Notes under the pieces: model-generated
What the model saw: the letters and a program-made list of their open reading frames with translations, nothing else
Databases searched by the model: none
What the model was told of the DNA's origin: nothing
Part shown: positions 8,871 to 17,215 of the stretch, one piece after another
Layout: each line of letters starts with the position of its first letter
Position numbering within the stretch: the stretch's first letter is position 1
Source: a virus
DNA: 64,000 bases
Direction: 5' to 3' (one strand)
IMG/VR virus record: IMGVR_UViG_3300031521_000011
Coordinates: 32,001-96,000 of that record
Program-made: the position numbers and the translations under genes

Positions 8871-9206
8871 ATGGAAAAGATATCTATGGAAAAAATAGCG
8901 CTCCAGGCCGGTATCAAATATAAAATTTCAGGTAAGGTTCCGAGAGATATTAGGGCCATGCAAACAATAAACTTAGTTAAGAGTAATCTTAAGAAGTATA
9001 TTGCCTTGGTAAACAAGACAAAAAAGGCTACTGGCCTATCGTATAAGTCGGGAGAATTTTCCAATGTTCAGAAGAATATTGAATCTGGAAATGAAACCAT
9101 CAGAATGCTGACAGATATGAGGAAAAATACATTCCCACTCATGATAAAAGCGCATGGTAATAGTAAAAAGACTGTGTTGAAAAAGATTCCGAAAGAGGTA
9201 TTTTAA
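8871..9206 (+). CDS. basic putative virion (internal head) protein
   Basis: MEKISMEKIA N-terminus with KxA motif; Lys-rich. Confidence 0.6.
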   Translation: MEKISMEKIALQAGIKYKISGKVPRDIRAMQTINLVKSNLKKYIALVNKTKKATGLSYKSGEFSNVQKNIESGNETIRMLTDMRKNTFPLMIKAHGNSKKTVLKKIPKEVF

Positions 9207-9207
9207 A

Positions 9208-9711
9208 ATGAATAAGCTTGCAATGTACAAAGAAGCCATCTACAAACGAGCAACACGTGTTGCCAATCCCTATATATTTAGGGGTCCAGCATCGAATGAG
9301 GACCCTGAATCCTACTCAGCCCGGCTGCAAGGCATGTACGATAAGGGTGAGAAAATAAAGAACACCGCCAACATCGCCAGCCTTGGTATTGGTGCTGGCG
9401 CATTGGCGACAAGTATCCTGTCCGGACGCGGTGCATCGAAGCGGCTTAAGCAACTCGCAGACTCTGGCAAACTTGATGCCCTGGCTCTCAAGATCAAGAA
9501 GTCCGTTCCTGAAACCAAGCAAATATTGAGCCGTGCTATTGGACGGCGCATTGGCCTCTCTGCCGGCGCCGGAATCGGTGGAGTACCGGCCATGATGCTT
9601 ACTGAGGGAATCGGTAGAACATTGGCCAACAAATCAACACTCAGATCCATGACACCTGATGAGCGTCAGCGCTATAATGATGTCACCAAAATCAGACACA
9701 ATGGAATATAG
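9208..9711 (+). CDS. putative internal head protein with conserved leader
   Basis: MNKLAMYKEAIYKRA leader; two Gly-zipper segments. Confidence 0.65.
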   Translation: MNKLAMYKEAIYKRATRVANPYIFRGPASNEDPESYSARLQGMYDKGEKIKNTANIASLGIGAGALATSILSGRGASKRLKQLADSGKLDALALKIKKSVPETKQILSRAIGRRIGLSAGAGIGGVPAMMLTEGIGRTLANKSTLRSMTPDERQRYNDVTKIRHNGI

Positions 9712-9723
9712 GAGGAAAAGACA

Positions 9724-10374
9724 ATGGACAAGGTAGCAGCATATAAAGAGGCCATCTACAAGGTGGCTGCAGAAGGAAAGAAAAATCCGAATTCATCTTT
9801 TCTGTTCCCCTTGAACCGTGATTACATCCGTGAGGAGGATTTTTCTCCCGCGTATGCAAAGGCGTCAAGGGAACAGGGCCATATCAATAAGGTTGTTGGC
9901 GGCGTTAGCCTGGGTGGTTTGGCACTTGGTGGAGGCAGCGTAATCGGCGGTTTTGCTCTTGGTGCGAAAACCGCAGACAAGGCACGAAGGCTTGCTAAGC
10001 CAGCTGCCAAGGCTACTCTAAATATCATCAAAAGAGATATTTACAATGGCAGAAGAGGAATGCAGGACCTCTTTAGCCCCGTTCATTCTGAGATAGCTGC
10101 TCACAACGTCCTCAACAAGTCTAAGATTTTTAACGACGTAACGAAGCGACTTCGTCGAAACAACAAAATCGCTGACGGCTTAGTCCTTGGCGGGTTACTC
10201 GTTCCCTCAGTCGCGATGGCAGCTGCCAGTGCTCCATTTATGAAGAAGCGTCAGGAAGTGGTCAAAAGCCTGATGAAGTCAGCGCCCCGCAATAGGAGTG
10301 AGGAGAATTTCAAGGCGGACATGCTAAATCTGCCGAAGAACATCTCTCCAAGGAAACGCCACGCCGATGAATGA
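9724..10374 (+). CDS. putative internal head protein with conserved leader
   Basis: MDKVAAYKEAIYKVA leader; Gly-zipper segment VVGGVSLGGLALGGGSVIGG. Confidence 0.65.
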   Translation: MDKVAAYKEAIYKVAAEGKKNPNSSFLFPLNRDYIREEDFSPAYAKASREQGHINKVVGGVSLGGLALGGGSVIGGFALGAKTADKARRLAKPAAKATLNIIKRDIYNGRRGMQDLFSPVHSEIAAHNVLNKSKIFNDVTKRLRRNNKIADGLVLGGLLVPSVAMAAASAPFMKKRQEVVKSLMKSAPRNRSEENFKADMLNLPKNISPRKRHADE

Positions 10375-10380
10375 TACCGG

Positions 10381-10409
10381 TTTACTTGCTCAGTAAGTAG
10401 TGGTATCAT
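10381..10409 (+). promoter_or_regulatory. sigmaA-type promoter with extended -10
   Basis: TTTACT-17bp-TATCAT with TG motif. Confidence 0.6.
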
Positions 10410-10433
10410 AGCAGTCGAAAGGAAGTGTTAATT

Positions 10434-11165
10434 ATGGCAACGGGTAAAAACCTTGTTGATATTCTTGTTCCGAAGATCGGAAGCGGTTATGTATATGGTG
10501 GGCAAGGCCAGATTTGCACGATGGCCATGATCAACACACTCATGGCCCGGTACGGACGCGATCACTATTACTTTAAGGGTTATAGTGCCGAGAAGTGGAT
10601 CGGCAAGCCCTCCTTTGACTGCTCCGGCTTTGTCAGCTGGGGGCGCTACATGCTCGGATTGAACCCAGGCCACAAGAGTTACAGCGCCAATGGCTATTAC
10701 ACCATGACAACTCGCATCTCCAAGCTGCAGCTCTTGGCTGGCGATCTCTGTTTCATCGTGAACAGCGATGGCCACGCTACCCATGTTGGTGTATATATGG
10801 GGAACGGTTACGTTGTTCAGGCTGCCAGCACAAAATCAGGCGTTATCAAAACGAAACTTGGTACCGGTTGGAGCGGCTACGGCAGACTGAAGGACCTAGT
10901 GCAGGTTGTCGTGAAACCAACCGTTGAGTATACCGAGATTAAGTTTGGAGCAAATGGCCCCGAGGTTTATCAGATGCAAAAGGCGCTGGCCCTCCTGAAC
11001 TACAACCCAGGTCCGCTCGACGGAGTCTTTGGGCCACTGACACTGACCGCAGTGAGGGCATTTCAAAAAGGAAACCAGCTGTACGTGGATGGCCGCCCTG
11101 GTCAGCAGACTCTCAGTGTACTTTATGGTACCGCAGATGTTGTTCCAAAGAAGGCTGCTGCCTAA
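10434..11165 (+). CDS. NlpC/P60 peptidoglycan endopeptidase with C-terminal PG-binding domain (endolysin or virion lysin)
   Basis: YVYGG, FDCSGFV and HVGVY motifs; PG_binding_1-type VYQMQKAL...DGVFGPLT..AVRAFQ...VDG..G..T. Confidence 0.9.
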   Translation: MATGKNLVDILVPKIGSGYVYGGQGQICTMAMINTLMARYGRDHYYFKGYSAEKWIGKPSFDCSGFVSWGRYMLGLNPGHKSYSANGYYTMTTRISKLQLLAGDLCFIVNSDGHATHVGVYMGNGYVVQAASTKSGVIKTKLGTGWSGYGRLKDLVQVVVKPTVEYTEIKFGANGPEVYQMQKALALLNYNPGPLDGVFGPLTLTAVRAFQKGNQLYVDGRPGQQTLSVLYGTADVVPKKAAA

Positions 11166-11175
11166 ACCGAAGTCC

Positions 11176-11216
11176 AAAAAAAAAGATAGAGCCCGGCCAT
11201 ATGGCCGGGCTGTTTT
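11176..11216. terminator. bidirectional intrinsic terminator
   Basis: AGCCCGGCCA/TGGCCGGGCT stem flanked by A- and T-runs between convergent genes. Confidence 0.8.
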
Positions 11217-11641
11217 TATGATAGGGATCCCATTTCTTTGAGCATGGACAGCTTTACCACCAGGGATACATCTCTTCTTTCCATGTATGGACAGATGATA
11301 TTCTGGAAGATATCATCCCTTCTAACAAGGGCGACGGCGCGTTGATTCCTGGTCATCACCAGGTAATTGTCCAGCGCAGCCACTAATATGTCATTGAGGG
11401 ATACGTCAAATCCCAGATCAGCAGTTTCCGAAACCAGTTTTGTCATCAAATCTTCAGGGATTCTGATCTGAAGATTAACGAACGGCTCTACTGCTGGAGG
11501 ACATTCGACCTTAACCTTCGTCGGCTCCACATAAGTGACGACAATTGGCTCCTTAGGTCTGCGCTTGAACCCAGGCTTTGGACCAGGCTTTTTCCTTTCG
11601 ATGACGTCATCGACATTAACACCTTTGTCGTTTTTATCCAT
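11216..11641 (-). CDS. ribbon-helix-helix (Arc/CopG-like) DNA-binding protein with basic AT-hook-like N-terminal segment
   Basis: RKKPGPKPG; VNLQIRIPEDLMTKL...SLNDILVAALDNYL. Confidence 0.65.
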   Translation of the reverse strand: MDKNDKGVNVDDVIERKKPGPKPGFKRRPKEPIVVTYVEPTKVKVECPPAVEPFVNLQIRIPEDLMTKLVSETADLGFDVSLNDILVAALDNYLVMTRNQRAVALVRRDDIFQNIICPYMERRDVSLVVKLSMLKEMGSLS

Positions 11642-11659
11642 GATAACCCCTCCATTGTG

Positions 11660-11674
11660 TTTTATTGCTTATAC
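11660..11674 (-). promoter_or_regulatory. phage promoter GTATAAGCAATAAAA
   Basis: consensus match upstream of a GGAGGGG RBS; overlaps the -35 of the divergent promoter. Confidence 0.75.
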
Positions 11675-11693
11675 TCCGTTTTTACCTTATAAT
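11665..11693 (+). promoter_or_regulatory. sigmaA-type promoter
   Basis: TTGCTT-17bp-TATAAT. Confidence 0.75.
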
Positions 11694-11715
11694 AAATCGA
11701 GTAGAGGTGAGTAAT

Positions 11716-12462
11716 ATGGAAAAGATATCTCTTGAAAAAGTCCATCCTGCCCTTAAAGAGATGCAGGATTCGTTTGAAGATCCGGTTTCAAAGAAAGTGG
11801 CTACGATGATTGCCACTTCTCATGAATATAAAACTCCCAACATAAAAGCCGGGCACCACTTTACGAGGAATTACAGATGGAGCAATGGCACGATGAAGAT
11901 CAGTGACCTTCAGGGTATCAACAAGCCGATCACGCAGGAAAAGGTTGATAGCCTTGTGAAAGCCATTGGTAAGTCTGGCAGGGTAGATCCTTTCGTTGTC
12001 GTGAACCAGTTAGATGCCATCCGCCCACAGACGCCCGGCAAAAAAGTATTGATCGACGGACATCACCGGCTGGAGGCCTGCAAGAAACTCGGCATCGATG
12101 AAGTCCCTGTATATCGCGGCGACTACACTGGCGATGCTCACAGGGATATTGAGGAATTAAAGAAGGCAGCCAGCTTTGCGTCTGTCTATAATTTTGTTTA
12201 CAATAATCCATACCTTGGTATGGGAAAGGAAGCCTCTCAAGATGGCATCTCGGAAGTCCGGCGGCTCACAAAAGATCGCCAATTTACCATTGACCCAATC
12301 GTTGCAGGTGAGTTGGGCGGGCTTGGCCTTATGGGAACCTCTCTTATCATCAAGAAGAGACTTCCGTCAAGGAGTACCTTGCTTCGCAACGCTGGTATCG
12401 GCATCGGTCTCGGCAGCGCCGCAATTGGCACGGCTCGCACGATCAGAAAGGGTGAAAAATAA
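11716..12462 (+). CDS. ParB/Sulfiredoxin N-terminal-domain protein, putative virion cargo
   Basis: LIDGHHRLEACKKLG motif; MEKISLEKV leader, KxA sites, C-terminal Gly-zippers. Confidence 0.75.
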   Translation: MEKISLEKVHPALKEMQDSFEDPVSKKVATMIATSHEYKTPNIKAGHHFTRNYRWSNGTMKISDLQGINKPITQEKVDSLVKAIGKSGRVDPFVVVNQLDAIRPQTPGKKVLIDGHHRLEACKKLGIDEVPVYRGDYTGDAHRDIEELKKAASFASVYNFVYNNPYLGMGKEASQDGISEVRRLTKDRQFTIDPIVAGELGGLGLMGTSLIIKKRLPSRSTLLRNAGIGIGLGSAAIGTARTIRKGEK

Positions 12463-13589
12463 TGGGAAAGACTTATATGGAAGAGATGTTCAAAAACGCA
12501 GCAAGCGAAGAGGATGATTTCGCCAACCTTATGGGAAGTCTTAAACATACCAATCGTGATGATTGGGAGAGCGCAGTGACGAAGCATAATCCAAACTGGA
12601 AATATGTCTATCCAGTATCGCCAGATGGTGGAGCTCCATATGTTCTTCAGGAGGGCAATAGATCCAGTGGACTGATCGCCATGCATCACAAGAATGGAAA
12701 AATATCCATTGCTCTCTCTTTTCATCCTGAAGGATTTGATCCAAATGAGCACGTGCGGTCCGTATTTGATGTTTCTGGATCAGGGCGCAGAAACGAAGGC
12801 TTTACACTTGATAATGCTGCATCTGCTAACTTTCATCCCAAGGGTTTTCATGGAGAAGATGCATACAGCGTTACAGATAAAGGGCAAGTTCGCCATGGGC
12901 GTGGTGAGCGCCAGGCGGTAGCTCCTAAAGCGAAACCTCAACCGAAATCCGAACCGAAGGCTGAACCAAAGCCAGAGCCGAAACAGGAACCAAAGACTCA
13001 ACCAAAGCCTGCTGAGTCACAGATGCAACAGGCGTTTTCGCAACCTCAACCAAAAGCAGCGCCACAGCCCCAGCCAGCGCCCCAGGCTGCACCGCAGCCA
13101 CAGGCACAGCAGCCCACCCCACAAGTACAGCCTCAATCCGCGTCGCAGCCACAGGCCCAGCCACAGCCTCAGCAGCAGGCTACACCTAAAGCTCAACCAC
13201 AACCGCAGGCAGCCCCGGCAGCAGCGCCAGTTCCTCCCGTTGCGGCTGCAGAGGGAGTTGAGCAGGCCGCAGCTAAGGAAGCACCACAAGCCGAAAAAGG
13301 CTTGCTTACAGCCATCAAAAAGCTTAAACTATCACCAGGATTAGCGAAGGCTGCACCATGGGTTGGTGGAGGCGTTGCCGGATTAGCGGCGGGCGCTGGC
13401 TTGATGGCGATGAGCAACAAAAAGAAACAGCAAAAGACTGCAGTATATAAAGAAGAAATTTATAAACTGGCTGGCCTGATGTCCGCTCCTAAAGCAGTGG
13501 CAGCAAAGGTACCATCCTTCAGTAAGCCGAAGATCGCAAAAGCGGTAAATCGTGCTCGTAGAGCATCATTCGTAAAATCAATTCATTAG
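12462..13589 (+). CDS. putative internal head protein with Pro/Gln/Ala-rich linker
   Basis: PQ/PKxEP low-complexity tract; Gly-zipper; internal QKTAVYKEEIYKLA motif. Confidence 0.7.
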   Translation: MGKTYMEEMFKNAASEEDDFANLMGSLKHTNRDDWESAVTKHNPNWKYVYPVSPDGGAPYVLQEGNRSSGLIAMHHKNGKISIALSFHPEGFDPNEHVRSVFDVSGSGRRNEGFTLDNAASANFHPKGFHGEDAYSVTDKGQVRHGRGERQAVAPKAKPQPKSEPKAEPKPEPKQEPKTQPKPAESQMQQAFSQPQPKAAPQPQPAPQAAPQPQAQQPTPQVQPQSASQPQAQPQPQQQATPKAQPQPQAAPAAAPVPPVAAAEGVEQAAAKEAPQAEKGLLTAIKKLKLSPGLAKAAPWVGGGVAGLAAGAGLMAMSNKKKQQKTAVYKEEIYKLAGLMSAPKAVAAKVPSFSKPKIAKAVNRARRASFVKSIH

Positions 13590-13598
13590 GAGGAAGTA

Positions 13599-14057
13599 AT
13601 GGATAAGGTTGCATTTTATAAGGAACAAATCTACAAAGTCGCCTATACTTCTGCTGGATATAATAGACTCTATATGACAAAGGACCTTAAAGGCAGAACA
13701 AACGTAAAGTATAAAACACCAAATCGGGTTCCTATGCGCTTTAAGAACGAGCGCGTAGATCCATCAATGTCGATGGTCCCGGCTGGTCCTGTGAAAACGC
13801 ACTCAAATCCCAGCAGACTCAGGCGACTGAGGAAAATAAACAATACTCGCCACGGTCTCAGTAGGGATACGAGAGAAGCAATCCGGCTTGGTGGAGCAGT
13901 TGATTCAAAGGCAGCTAAGGAAATTGCCGAAAAATCATTAGCCCGGGCCGCCAGTAAGGGCATGCCGCTATATGCCGGCGGGGGAATTGGACTTGCTGCA
14001 ATTGCGGCTGCCGCAATTGCAATGAGCAACAAAAAAAAGCACAAAGATGCTGAGTGA
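13599..14057 (+). CDS. putative internal head protein with conserved leader
   Basis: MDKVAFYKEQIYKVA; C-terminal GGGIGLAAIAAAAIAMSNKKK. Confidence 0.7.
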   Translation: MDKVAFYKEQIYKVAYTSAGYNRLYMTKDLKGRTNVKYKTPNRVPMRFKNERVDPSMSMVPAGPVKTHSNPSRLRRLRKINNTRHGLSRDTREAIRLGGAVDSKAAKEIAEKSLARAASKGMPLYAGGGIGLAAIAAAAIAMSNKKKHKDAE

Positions 14058-14068
14058 GGTGGATGGAT

Positions 14069-14770
14069 ATGGACAAAGTAGCTTTTTACAAGGAATATAT
14101 CTACAAGGTTGCCGACGCTTATGATGATATCATCAAGCGTAATGAGGCAAGTAGGCCCAGGATGTATACCGTGAAGCCAAACGGTGAAACAATTCTCGAC
14201 GGATTCATTGCCGACGAAAAATACTCTAAGCCAAATGTGGACCGTACTGTTTCTGGAGTCAAGGATCTGCTGAAAACCAAGGGTGGAAAGCTTAAGGTAT
14301 TGAAGCCATACCTTATTGGCGCTGCTGGCGGCGCTGCCTTGCTTGGGAGCGGCATGTCGCTCATGGAACAACGTCGGAAAAATATGCGTAAGCGCATGCA
14401 TAAATCAGCTTCATTTATTGACAAACTCCTTGGAAAAAAAAAGCCCAAACCCAAGTCTAAGGCCAGACTCCAGTATGATGCTCTGGTAGCAAGCGAAGAA
14501 GCGGCAGAGGCGCGGCGTCTTAAAAGAGAACAGGAAGCTGTTGCAGCCCGGGCAGAGAAATTCAGATCCCAAAGAGGACCTCTTCGACTGACCAGCGGGG
14601 CCTCACAAGCAGCTCCTGCGGCAAAGTCCACAATAATCGATGCAGCACCGACCATTGCAAGAAAGATTCCGAAACAGTTACTCAGGAAGGCCGGGCCGTG
14701 GGCGCTTGGCGGACTTGGTTTAGCCGGGGGTGGTGCGGCAATACTCAGTAGGAAAAAAGAAGACAAATAA
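14069..14770 (+). CDS. putative internal head protein with conserved leader
   Basis: MDKVAFYKEYIYKVA; two Gly-zippers; internal HKSAS. Confidence 0.7.
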   Translation: MDKVAFYKEYIYKVADAYDDIIKRNEASRPRMYTVKPNGETILDGFIADEKYSKPNVDRTVSGVKDLLKTKGGKLKVLKPYLIGAAGGAALLGSGMSLMEQRRKNMRKRMHKSASFIDKLLGKKKPKPKSKARLQYDALVASEEAAEARRLKREQEAVAARAEKFRSQRGPLRLTSGASQAAPAAKSTIIDAAPTIARKIPKQLLRKAGPWALGGLGLAGGGAAILSRKKEDK

Positions 14771-14806
14771 AAAAGATAGACCGGGTGGCGTTTGCCACCC
14801 GGTCTT
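14769..14806. terminator. intrinsic terminator between convergent genes
   Basis: AGACCGGGTGGC/GCCACCCGGTCT stem with upstream A-run. Confidence 0.75.
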
Positions 14807-14807
14807 G

Positions 14808-15125
14808 TTACTTTAGACTAATTGACCAATCAGTATTTATGCGGGAAACCCTTGTTTCTATAAGACCCTCCCGCAGGTCGATTGCCCTTTCGCGGGCAGA
14901 AAGCTCGCGCTCTTTGATATTCGCCTTACGCTCACGGCGGACGAGGAGTTCATTCATATCACTCTGCTCCTCAGAGACGCGAATGATTTCCTTTGCTGAA
15001 ATAGATTTGAGCTTTTTTCTGTCTCTCATTGAGATAAATACGGCGGCCATCGTAATAGCTCCCATTAAGAAACCGATGCTTGCCAGAATTAGGTCCCAAT
15101 AGATAGTGCCGTATAAATTACTCAT
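14808..15125 (-). CDS. membrane-anchored coiled-coil protein
   Basis: start MSNLYG after GAGGAGG; N-terminal TM helix. Confidence 0.7.
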   Translation of the reverse strand: MSNLYGTIYWDLILASIGFLMGAITMAAVFISMRDRKKLKSISAKEIIRVSEEQSDMNELLVRRERKANIKERELSARERAIDLREGLIETRVSRINTDWSISLK

Positions 15126-15382
15126 TACAGTATCCTCCTCAGTTGTTTTGGGTATTCCTCGCAAAGAGCTTGATCGATATAACACGTTCCACGGATTGCC
15201 TGGTTCCGGGCGATAGACATTGTTGCCCTTGCTAGCCCGGTAATGTTTCCGGTGAAGAATCTGAGCTGGTGCAACCGGCGCTGCTCCTCAACAGCTTGCT
15301 GTATTGCACCGTTGGTAGAATAGACCATTCTCTCGGACTCTTGTGGTATCTGCTGGCGGTCTAATTGGCACTTAAACGACAT
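15125..15382 (-). CDS. hypothetical protein
   Basis: start MSFKC after GGAGAGGG; follows the promoter motif at 15410. Confidence 0.6.
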   Translation of the reverse strand: MSFKCQLDRQQIPQESERMVYSTNGAIQQAVEEQRRLHQLRFFTGNITGLARATMSIARNQAIRGTCYIDQALCEEYPKQLRRIL

Positions 15383-15409
15383 AACTTTGTTTCCCTCTCC
15401 ATCTGTCAT

Positions 15410-15424
15410 TTTTATGTCTTATAC
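15410..15424 (-). promoter_or_regulatory. phage promoter GTATAAGACATAAAA
   Basis: consensus match following the terminator at 15440-15463. Confidence 0.75.
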
Positions 15425-15453
15425 CTAGGTTTGGAGCGCAAAAAAAGAGGGGG

Positions 15454-15783
15454 TTAGCCCTCCTTTTCCGTGCTTTCCTCGCTGGGTTCGGATGCTGCAT
15501 TCTGCATCATATACGCAACATCGCCTGGCACCGGAATATCCCAGGCAACCTGAACGACCCTATTTATGTCCTGAGGATCTTCCGTGGGATACTCGGTTGA
15601 GTTTCCGGCGATGACATCATATACATACCCAATCAGTTTGCCACCAAGGATACCGACACCTACATTGATTGCGGCATCGAGCGCTCCGGGAATTTGATTC
15701 TTCTTTAAAGCTTGAACGCCGGTGGCGGCCAAGGCGACTGTCATGCCTGCCAGGGCACCGACACGCCTTCCTATTGTTGACAT
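15454..15783 (-). CDS. two-helix Gly-zipper membrane protein
   Basis: VGALAGMTVALAATG and VGVGILGGKLIG; GGAGGT RBS. Confidence 0.7.
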   Translation of the reverse strand: MSTIGRRVGALAGMTVALAATGVQALKKNQIPGALDAAINVGVGILGGKLIGYVYDVIAGNSTEYPTEDPQDINRVVQVAWDIPVPGDVAYMMQNAASEPSEESTEKEG

Positions 15784-15821
15784 TAAAATACCTCCAAATC
15801 TGAGTTGTAAAAAGAGAGGGG

Positions 15822-16097
15822 CTATTGCCCCTCTGTGTTCGTGTTTACGATTGGTGATTCGATAGGTACGATGGGTGTAGCCGATTGTTCCTTATCGAAC
15901 ATTCCGCCGATTGCGCCGCCGATGACAGCTCCTCCTGTTGCGGAAAGAGCCAAGCCTCCGACATATTCAAGGCTTGGCTCTTCAAGCCTTTTTTGCCTGG
16001 CTTTCGCAGAAAAGAATGGAATACCCCATAACAGTACTCCTGCTAGAGCACCGAGCATGCCGCCCAATTCTTGATTGACGGTATTTTTATTTGACAT
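15822..16097 (-). CDS. two-helix Gly-zipper membrane protein
   Basis: LGGMLGALAGVLLWG and GGLALSATGGAVIGGAIGG; AAGGAGGT RBS. Confidence 0.7.
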   Translation of the reverse strand: MSNKNTVNQELGGMLGALAGVLLWGIPFFSAKARQKRLEEPSLEYVGGLALSATGGAVIGGAIGGMFDKEQSATPIVPIESPIVNTNTEGQ

Positions 16098-16120
16098 AAA
16101 TGAAACACCTCCTTTGCTAG

Positions 16121-16135
16121 TTTTATTACTTATAC
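16121..16135 (-). promoter_or_regulatory. phage promoter GTATAAGTAATAAAA
   Basis: exact consensus after the terminator at 16149-16172. Confidence 0.8.
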
Positions 16136-16186
16136 CAACAATGAGCGCAAAAAAGGGGCCCTTGCAGGCCCCCATACTGAATAAGA

Positions 16187-16603
16187 TCAGGTATTGGTTG
16201 TGCCGAGTACGCCGCGAGCAGCGCGGTCATCGGTACGCTTCCGAAGATACATGAGCGCTTCCTCAAGCTTCTGGATGACGATTTCATTCTCCTTGCATTT
16301 GAAGCGGCCTGCCTGAAATGCCTTCATGCGCTCCAGTACCATGGCGATAACATCGGGATCAAACACGCCATTGACGCCCACTTCGTTGACGGGGCCTTGC
16401 TGGAAGTTGATGACGGCAAGAACTTCAATATCATTCGTGTCGATATCACCTATTTCGATATCCTTCTGGTCTGTGGAGTATGTACTGCCGGCGCTGTCCA
16501 ACACTGCGAAGTGATGCGGCGCTCCGTAGTACATATCTTCGGGGTTTTCATGAAAAACGACGGTATGCTTGTTTGTATAGAGCGAGCCTACAACTTTTTT
16601 CAT
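16187..16603 (-). CDS. tad1: Tad1-family anti-defence nucleotide-signal sponge
   Basis: GAPHHF, INFQQGP..E.GVNGV, ERMKAFQAGRF.CKEN and KLEEALMYL.KR.DDR.ARGVLGT match the Tad1 pattern as recalled. Confidence 0.8.
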   Translation of the reverse strand: MKKVVGSLYTNKHTVVFHENPEDMYYGAPHHFAVLDSAGSTYSTDQKDIEIGDIDTNDIEVLAVINFQQGPVNEVGVNGVFDPDVIAMVLERMKAFQAGRFKCKENEIVIQKLEEALMYLRKRTDDRAARGVLGTTNT

Positions 16604-16797
16604 TTTCGTGCTCTCTTTCTTTTCCATTTACGATCAAGTTTCTTCCAATAATGTTCGCGGCTTACCTTGTCCCAGAATACAATCCAGTGCGCAACGAAAT
16701 TCCATACCGGATTGGCATATGATGCACACCATAATCGGATCCATCCGATTCCAGGAGGTCCCCACCACGCTGGGATGCTGCTCTTCCTCTTCTTCAT
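16600..16797 (-). CDS. small Trp-rich hypothetical protein
   Basis: 65 aa; stop overlaps the tad1 start (ATGA). Confidence 0.55.
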   Translation of the reverse strand: MKKRKSSIPAWWGPPGIGWIRLWCASYANPVWNFVAHWIVFWDKVSREHYWKKLDRKWKRKRARK

Positions 16798-16803
16798 TTT
16801 CAG

Positions 16804-17214
16804 TCAGTCCTTTTTTATAACATCGAGCTTGCCTCGTATGTCATTAGGAAGACCGCCCTTCCACTGGAAGCTGTTTTGCGTGATGTAATTATTGTATGAG
16901 CTGGCAGTACGGTTGGCTCTCATCATGGCTCCGGCAGCCCATTCTTTCTCATTGGCGTCTGTGCTGTCTTTATACTGCTCATAGGTGGCCTTATCAGCTT
17001 CGTAGCTGGATATCATGGCGCGAGCAGTATCCTCAACCTTTTTGAGTGTTTCGTAATTGGTTGCATCATCAGCCTTGTGCACGCTGAAGAACCAGCTATT
17101 CCATGCTGCCCTGCCGCCCGGGGTGGCGCCAAATATAATAAGGCCAATAATTAAAATTATGGCCACAACTAATCCAATGACCTTCCAGACGGTCCCGACT
17201 GAAGGTTCAAACAT
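16804..17214 (-). CDS. membrane-anchored protein
   Basis: N-terminal TM helix, GGAGGT RBS. Confidence 0.75.
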   Translation of the reverse strand: MFEPSVGTVWKVIGLVVAIILIIGLIIFGATPGGRAAWNSWFFSVHKADDATNYETLKKVEDTARAMISSYEADKATYEQYKDSTDANEKEWAAGAMMRANRTASSYNNYITQNSFQWKGGLPNDIRGKLDVIKKD

Positions 17215-17215
17215 G

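Noticed and set aside
12925-13260. PQ/PKxEP repeats as a DNA-level repeat element
   Set aside because: Codons vary between units, consistent with a low-complexity protein linker
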